Assembly (NCBI GenBank): GCA_031409275.1
Contig: JANNXA010000045.1
Span: 40,875 to 104,874 of the forward strand
From: Planctomycetota bacterium
GTDB taxonomy: Bacteria > Planctomycetota > B15-G4 > SIAN01
Length of the DNA stretch: 64,000 bases
Direction: 5' to 3'
Shown here: positions 58,617 through 64,000 of the stretch, piece after piece
Layout: every line of letters begins with the position of its first letter
Numbering within the stretch: position 1 is the first letter of the stretch
The notes under the pieces: model-generated
Databases searched by the model: none
What the model saw: only the letters and a program-made list of their open reading frames with translations
Told to the model about the DNA's origin: nothing
Program-made: the position numbers and the translations under genes

Positions 58617-60941
58617 ATGCGAGTCGATCTGAAAGGACGCGCGCTCGGGGGAGCACGCGTCTGTGCGGCGGGGGCCACGGCGCTGCTGGCAGCCGGATGC
58701 GGCGGCGGCGGCGGTGGCGGCGACGGTGGCCCGGTCAGCGGCCTCTCGGCGCCGAGCCAGCTCTCGGTGGTGACGCCTTCCGATGACGGCGGCGGCGCTT
58801 CGCTGCACGCCCTCGACGTCGCCGACTTCCCGGCCGACGCCGACTACTTCGCGGACGGCATCACGAAGAACGTCTACGACCCCTCCACGCAGCCGATCAG
58901 CACCGTGAACGGCATCCTCTGCCTGCTGAAGCAGACGCGCTACAACGCGATGGTCAATCGCGGCGACTACATCGCCCAGGTCGACGAAGAAGCGTGCGGC
59001 ATGGGTGACGGCGACGATTCCGACGGCCAGTCGAGCGGCGGCGCCGCGCAGCTGAACAACTGGGTCGTGAACAGCCGGCGCAGCAGCGCCACCGCGGCCC
59101 AGCTCGTCCGCTTCTGGGTTCCGGGCGGCGACCAGACGATCCGCGGCAAGCTGCGGATCAACGCCGGCGTCACCGACGACAGCCCGTTCGGCCGCTTCAA
59201 GCTCGACTTCGTCGGCGTGGATGAAATCGCGCCCGACCTCGACAACCCGCAGATGTACGGCGTGCTGCGCACCATCGACACGCTGCCGGGTTTCATCGGC
59301 TTCGAGTTCTTCGAGCACGAAGGCGACGTCACCGTCGCTCCGGCGCAGTTCGAGTTCGCGCAGGCCGTGCAGGCCGCGGTCAACATGACCTCCGACCGCA
59401 GCTCGGGCGTCGCCCGGATCCGTACGCAGTCGCGCTCCAACTTCCCGCCCGGCGGCGACTCGGGAATCATCGACGAGGAGTACCTGGTCGCCTTCGACGA
59501 GACGCACCTCCTGCGCCAGAAGGATGGCGGCGCCGAGCTCGCCTACTCGCGCGCCGACTTCGACGAGCGCGCGTGGCGCTACAACCTCTACGAAGCGAGC
59601 GGCCCCGATGCGGGCAAGCGCGTCGAGCTGAACAGCGGCTTCCCGTTCCGGACGCTGGACGGTGACTACGGCTACATCGGCTATTGGGGCATCTGGACGC
59701 CCTCCAACACCGAGTTCCAATCGGGTGACGTGATCGAGAAGGTCGAGTTCGGCGACGATTCGACGACCGCCTACTCGCTGGTGGTGGCCAACGGACGCCT
59801 CTCGCGCTTCCTGCGCGACACCGTCAACTTGAACGAGCTCGGCGCCACCACCTTCGAGTTCGTCGAGTTCGACCCGATGAACCCGCCAGCGAGGTACCGA
59901 GTCGAGTACTCGAGCGGCCAGTTCCTGAAGGTCGCGCAGTTCGACCCAGACAGCAACGCCTTCGTCGACCTCGGATCGCCGGTCGCGATCGACACCGCGG
60001 CACTGGGCTTCGTCAACTTCTACTCGGCGACGCTCGGCGGACCGGTCTTCTACAAGGACGGCGACACCTTCGTGACGGCGTTCGCGCAGAGCTTCGTCGG
60101 TCCCGACGACGCGCTGTTCGGCGGCAACTCGACCGCGAGCCTCTCCGGCCTGCTGCAGTGCCTGAAGCCGGAGATCGCGACCGTCGATGCCGAGACGGGC
60201 GACGTCTTCTTCGCCGACGCCACCGATCCGGCGACGCCGATCTCCTACTTCATGGATCGCGCCACGATGACGTTGCACTACGACGCTGATGCCGATGGTC
60301 TCTCGGACGGCGTCGCGGGGCTGGCTGACGGCGCGACCGTCGACAGCGGCCCCTACACGTGGGGCATGCGCAGCGGCCCGCTGGTCCAGTCGACCTCCGG
60401 CTACAGCTCGGTCTTCGACATCCTCGACGTGCCCGAGTTCTTCGTGTGGGAGACCGGGAACAACCCGTGGAACCACTACGTCGGAGCGCTCGACGGCGAT
60501 GGCAACGCGGTGAGCTTCGATGCGCCGCTGCAGTTCGCGTATGTCCACTCGCAGGCGAACGACCGCAACGACGACGACGCCTACGACAACGTCACCTTCG
60601 TGCTCCAGTACGGTGGCCCCGGCGAGCTGCAGGGGATTCCGTACGACGGCGTCGACCTCGATGGCGACACGGTGGCGGACCGTTGGTACCCGCTCGCCAA
60701 CCTCGTGGACGGCATCCTGCTCGGCCCGACCGGCACCGAGTACGTGGTGAAGGCGGTCGAGGTCGAGCAGAGCCTCGTCCTCGATCCAGGCGGCGCGCCG
60801 CAGCTCAACCTCGGCGGAGCGGCGATCCTCGCGCTGCCGGACGGTTCGAGCTTCGTCACGCCGGACAACGGCCCGATGCCGACCGTGACCGATGCGCCGG
60901 CCGTCATCGCCGGCGAGTTGCAGGGCGCGCTCGACGGCTGA
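58617..60941 (+). CDS. Large acidic lipoprotein of unknown function
   Basis: Lipobox LAAGC followed by poly-Gly; RBS GGAG; beta-rich acidic sequence. Confidence 0.75.
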   Translation: MRVDLKGRALGGARVCAAGATALLAAGCGGGGGGGDGGPVSGLSAPSQLSVVTPSDDGGGASLHALDVADFPADADYFADGITKNVYDPSTQPISTVNGILCLLKQTRYNAMVNRGDYIAQVDEEACGMGDGDDSDGQSSGGAAQLNNWVVNSRRSSATAAQLVRFWVPGGDQTIRGKLRINAGVTDDSPFGRFKLDFVGVDEIAPDLDNPQMYGVLRTIDTLPGFIGFEFFEHEGDVTVAPAQFEFAQAVQAAVNMTSDRSSGVARIRTQSRSNFPPGGDSGIIDEEYLVAFDETHLLRQKDGGAELAYSRADFDERAWRYNLYEASGPDAGKRVELNSGFPFRTLDGDYGYIGYWGIWTPSNTEFQSGDVIEKVEFGDDSTTAYSLVVANGRLSRFLRDTVNLNELGATTFEFVEFDPMNPPARYRVEYSSGQFLKVAQFDPDSNAFVDLGSPVAIDTAALGFVNFYSATLGGPVFYKDGDTFVTAFAQSFVGPDDALFGGNSTASLSGLLQCLKPEIATVDAETGDVFFADATDPATPISYFMDRATMTLHYDADADGLSDGVAGLADGATVDSGPYTWGMRSGPLVQSTSGYSSVFDILDVPEFFVWETGNNPWNHYVGALDGDGNAVSFDAPLQFAYVHSQANDRNDDDAYDNVTFVLQYGGPGELQGIPYDGVDLDGDTVADRWYPLANLVDGILLGPTGTEYVVKAVEVEQSLVLDPGGAPQLNLGGAAILALPDGSSFVTPDNGPMPTVTDAPAVIAGELQGALDG

Positions 60942-61099
60942 GAGCGCCTCACAGAATGGACGCGTCGCGCCGAGACCGAGCGAGGCCGCGCAGGACGAGG
61001 AGGCCGAAACAGGCGACTCTGAAGAGTCGCCGATGGAGGTCGACGAAGTCCTGGGTGGACGCAGCCGGTCGAACGCAGCGGACCTTCTGTTAGGCGCTC
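60942..61099. mobile_element. MITE-like element B (158 bp)
   Basis: TIRs GAGCGCCTCACAGAA and reverse complement GAGCGCCTAACAGAA (14/15); flanked by TGA at 60939-60941 and 61100-61102; central hairpin GGCGACTC-TGAA-GAGTCGCC. Confidence 0.72.
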
Positions 61100-61320
61100 T
61101 GAGAGTGGGTGAGTTTCCGGCGCCGCGCGGCGACGACGCCAGCGCGGCGTGAATGGTTCGCGGAACGGGCCGGAGGCCTCACGGTCTCCGGCCCGATCTT
61201 TTTCGTCCGCCGTCCGGTAGGTGCGCCGCGCGCTCGGCCCGTCGCGCGACGGCGCGCTACGATGCCGCGCGACTTCGTCCGCCGCCTCGCGCGGCGCTCG
61301 TCCCACTCCTCGGAGCTGTC

Positions 61321-62412
61321 ATGGGCCTGTTCTCGAAGCTGCGCGGCGAGCTGATCGACATCATCGAATGGATCGACGACTCGCGACACACGCTGGTCTG
61401 GCGCTTCCCCCGTTACCAGAACGAGATCAAGAACGGCGCACAGCTGATCGTGCGGCCGGGCCAGGTGGCGGTCTTCGTCACCCAGGGGCGCATCGCGGAC
61501 GTCTTCGAGCCCGGCCAGTTCGAGCTCACCACGCGCAACCTGCCGATCCTCTCGACGCTCGCGGGCTGGAAGCACGGCTTCGACAGCCCCTTCAAGTCGG
61601 AGGTCTACTTCGTCTCCACGCGCCAGGTGACCGACCTCAAGTGGGGCACGCCCAACCCGATCATGCTGCGCGACCCCGATTTCGGCCCGATCCGGCTGCG
61701 CGCGTTCGGGACCTACTCGCTGAAGGCCGCCGATCCGCGCGTCCTGCTGAAGGAGCTGGTCGGCACCGATGGCGTCTTCGAGACCGACGAGCTCGAGACG
61801 CTGTTGCGCTCGACCATCGGCACCGCCTTCGCCGAACGGTTGGCGACGAGCCAGATCGCCGCGCTCGACCTCGCGCGCAGCTACCAGCAGCTCTCCGACC
61901 AGCTGCGCAAGGACGTCGTCGCCAAGATCGACAACGAGTACGGCCTCGATCTGCCGCAACTCGCCATCGTGAACATCTCCTTCCCGGAGGAGGTCGAGAA
62001 GGCACTCGATGCACGCACCTCGATGGGCGTGATCGGCGACCTGAACCGCTTCCAGCAGTACCAGGTCGGCAAGAGCATGCCGGCCATCGCGACGTCGGGC
62101 GGAGCGGCCGGCGACGGCATGGGGCTCGGGATGGGCTTCGCACTGGCGCAGCAGATGGCGCGCGGCATGGCGCCCTCCGCCGGAGCGCCACCGGCGCCGC
62201 CACCGCCGCCCGCGGCCTGGCATGTGGCCGACGCCGGCGTCACTCAAGGACCGTGGAGTTCCGCGCAACTCGACGAGGCGATCGCCGCCGGGCGAGTGCG
62301 CGGCGAGACGCTGGTCTGGTCGGCGGGCATGGCCGGCTGGGCGGCGGCGGCGACCTTGCCGTCGCTGGCGGCGCGCTTCTCGATGGTGCCGCCACCTCCG
62401 CCGGCCCGCTGA
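61321..62412 (+). CDS. SPFH domain protein (YdjI-like) with C-terminal GYF_2 domain
   Basis: ELIDIIEW, NEIKNGAQLIVR, SPFKSEVYF, KWGTPNP, RLRAFG; C-terminal WH...QGP...TLVWSAGMAGW. Confidence 0.88.
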   Translation: MGLFSKLRGELIDIIEWIDDSRHTLVWRFPRYQNEIKNGAQLIVRPGQVAVFVTQGRIADVFEPGQFELTTRNLPILSTLAGWKHGFDSPFKSEVYFVSTRQVTDLKWGTPNPIMLRDPDFGPIRLRAFGTYSLKAADPRVLLKELVGTDGVFETDELETLLRSTIGTAFAERLATSQIAALDLARSYQQLSDQLRKDVVAKIDNEYGLDLPQLAIVNISFPEEVEKALDARTSMGVIGDLNRFQQYQVGKSMPAIATSGGAAGDGMGLGMGFALAQQMARGMAPSAGAPPAPPPPPAAWHVADAGVTQGPWSSAQLDEAIAAGRVRGETLVWSAGMAGWAAAATLPSLAARFSMVPPPPPAR

Positions 62413-62426
62413 GGGTCGAACGCACG

Positions 62427-63596
62427 ATGGCGCCGCTCGACGCTCCGCCGCCGGCCGACGACGAAATCGAAGGCACGCTGCTCGCTCCACCGCCGCTGCC
62501 GGCGGAGGATGAGGCCACGCGCCGCGCGCAGGGCCGCAGCTTCCCGTGCCTGGGCTGCGGTGCCGACCTCACCTTCGATCCGAAGGCGCAGGCGCAGAAG
62601 TGCCCGTTCTGCGGCTACGTCGCCGCGATCGAGGGCGGCGACGCCAAGGTGCACGAGAACGACCTTGCGGCGGCGCTCGAGAAGTCGGCGACGCGACGTG
62701 CCGAAGTTGCCAAGACGAGCGACCTGCATGAGGTGCGATGCGCTGCGTGCGGCGCGGAAGTGCAGTTCAGCGGCGCACTCACGGCGACGCACTGCCCTTA
62801 CTGCGGCCAGCCGATCCAGCGCGACGGCGTGCACGAGGCGACCCAGCGGCTCGCGGTCGACGGCGTCGTGCCGTTCCAGATCGACACCGGCAAGGCGAAG
62901 GGCGAGCTCGCGCAGTGGACCGCGTCGCGTTGGTTCCTGCCCGGACCACTGAAGAAGCAGGGGATCGCCGCGGCGTTCCAGGGCGTCTATCTGCCGTTCT
63001 TCACTTTCGACGCGCTGACCGCCAACTCCTACGCCGGCATGCGTGGCGACCACTACTACGTCACCGTCGGCAGCGGCAAGAACCGCCGCACCGTCCGCCA
63101 CACGCGCTGGCGCCCCGCCGCCGGCAGCTTCCGCCGCTTCTTCGACGACACGCTCGAATGCGCCGGCAGCGGCCTGCCCGAGAAGCAGCTCTCGGCGCTC
63201 GAGCCGTGGCCTTTGGCGCAGTGCAAGTCGTACCGGCCGGAGTTCCTCGCCGGCTTCCTCGCGCGCACCTACGAGCGACCGCTCGGCGACTGCTTCAAGC
63301 AGGCGAAGGGGCGCATGGAAGCGGCGATCGAACAGGACGTGCGTCAACGCATCGGCGGCGACGTGCAGCGCGTGCTCTCGCTCCAGACCGGCTGGTCGGC
63401 GCTCTCCTACAAGCACCTCCTGCTGCCCGTCTGGATGACGAGCTACCGTTGGCACGAGAAGAGCTACCGCATCGTGGTGAACGCTGCCACCGGCGAGGTG
63501 CAGGGCGAGCGTCCGTGGAGCGCGGCGAAGATCGCTCTGCTCGTCGTGGCGATCCTGGCGGTGGTGGCTGGAATCGCCCTCTTCGCGCAACGGTGA
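62427..63596 (+). CDS. Double zinc-ribbon membrane protein that partners SPFH proteins
   Basis: CLGCG...CPFCG and CAACG...CPYCG; GVYLPFFTFD, LLPVW, VNAATGEVQGERPWS; C-terminal TM helix. Confidence 0.8.
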   Translation: MAPLDAPPPADDEIEGTLLAPPPLPAEDEATRRAQGRSFPCLGCGADLTFDPKAQAQKCPFCGYVAAIEGGDAKVHENDLAAALEKSATRRAEVAKTSDLHEVRCAACGAEVQFSGALTATHCPYCGQPIQRDGVHEATQRLAVDGVVPFQIDTGKAKGELAQWTASRWFLPGPLKKQGIAAAFQGVYLPFFTFDALTANSYAGMRGDHYYVTVGSGKNRRTVRHTRWRPAAGSFRRFFDDTLECAGSGLPEKQLSALEPWPLAQCKSYRPEFLAGFLARTYERPLGDCFKQAKGRMEAAIEQDVRQRIGGDVQRVLSLQTGWSALSYKHLLLPVWMTSYRWHEKSYRIVVNAATGEVQGERPWSAAKIALLVVAILAVVAGIALFAQR

Positions 63597-63666
63597 TGCA
63601 AGCGGCGCATGCCGACCCCTTCGTCGGCCCACCAGCGATCGTCGGGATCAGGACACCAGGGAGTCG

Positions 63667-63865
63667 ATGATGCTGACGCGGGTGCTCGAACCCGAGGTGA
63701 TGGACAGCGAAGCGGAGGCGCGCGACTACGACTCGATGGACCACGCCGCCGTGAACGCGCGGTTCGCCGCCGACTTCCTCGCCGAGGGGCCGGTGCACGG
63801 GGTGATCCTCGATCTGGGCACCGGCACCGCGCAGATCCCCGTCGAGCTGTGCCGCCGTGCCCCCG
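63667..63865 (+). pseudogene. Class I SAM-dependent methyltransferase, 5' fragment interrupted by an IS
   Basis: RVLEPEVMD...YDSMDH...ILDLGTGTAQIP (motif I); the methyltransferase-like sequence ends at the IS end at 63866, and the ORF reads on to a stop at 63933. Confidence 0.75.
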
Positions 63866-64000
63866 CTGATCCTGCCCCACAAGTCCCCCCGCTGGACACT
63901 GCGCCCTACGCCGAGGAGAGGAAGAGCCGGTAGGCCGTCGTGATGTCGGTCAGGCGTTCGAGGCCCTTCCACACCGTCTCGGCGCCGGGGTTCTTGTAGC
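63866..64000 (-). mobile_element. IS4 family (IS50/Tn5-like) insertion sequence, 3' end; runs off the window edge
   Basis: 19-bp end CTGATCCTGCCCCACAAGT matches the IS50 outside end CTGACTCTTATACACAAGT at 13/19 positions. Confidence 0.75.
63906..64000 (-). CDS. IS4/IS50-like transposase, C-terminal 30 aa (partial)
   Basis: YKNPGAETVWKGLERLTDITTAYRLFLSSA*; PGxxTxWxGLxRL is typical of the Tn5-like transposase dimerisation domain. Confidence 0.7.
   Translation of the reverse strand, partial: YKNPGAETVWKGLERLTDITTAYRLFLSSA

Noticed and set aside
58700..58730. GGC run as a phase-variable microsatellite
   Set aside because: It encodes the usual poly-Gly linker after a lipoprotein Cys, and triplet slippage would not shift the frame.

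Overview
This is a very high-GC bacterial chromosome segment. The gene content suggests a Planctomycetota-like organism, which is an inference. It holds about 55 CDS and one tRNA-Gly(GCC). Housekeeping genes include purB, nadC, thiD, queF, acs and sppA. There is a three-gene type IV pilin-like/PilX locus, a two-component sigma-54 module, an SPFH/zinc-finger pair and many secreted hypotheticals. Seven signals stand out. (1) A five-gene operon combines a KamA-type lysine 2,3-aminomutase, two D-Ala-D-Ala-ligase-like ATP-grasp enzymes, a GNAT and a Cys-rich protein, behind a ~740-nt intergenic region; it looks like an uncharacterised beta-lysine small-molecule or peptide pathway. (2) A BCP peroxiredoxin split in the ORF track has an in-frame TGA at its catalytic Cys followed by a SECIS-like hairpin, so it is a probable selenoprotein. 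(3) A kynureninase plus aminobenzoyl-CoA (abm-like) catabolic operon lacks the monooxygenase but carries a creatininase-family enzyme. (4) Two different MITE-like elements are each inserted at a TGA stop codon with a TGA target duplication, and they bracket a large lipoprotein gene. (5) A sigma-54 promoter precedes two small paralogous secreted HxH...CxC proteins. (6) A secreted double-PDZ protein carries CCASGES repeats and a Cx3C acidic tail. (7) An IS50-like IS4 element truncates a methyltransferase at the window end. No CRISPR array or rRNA was seen. All family assignments come from reading motifs by eye; no searches were run.
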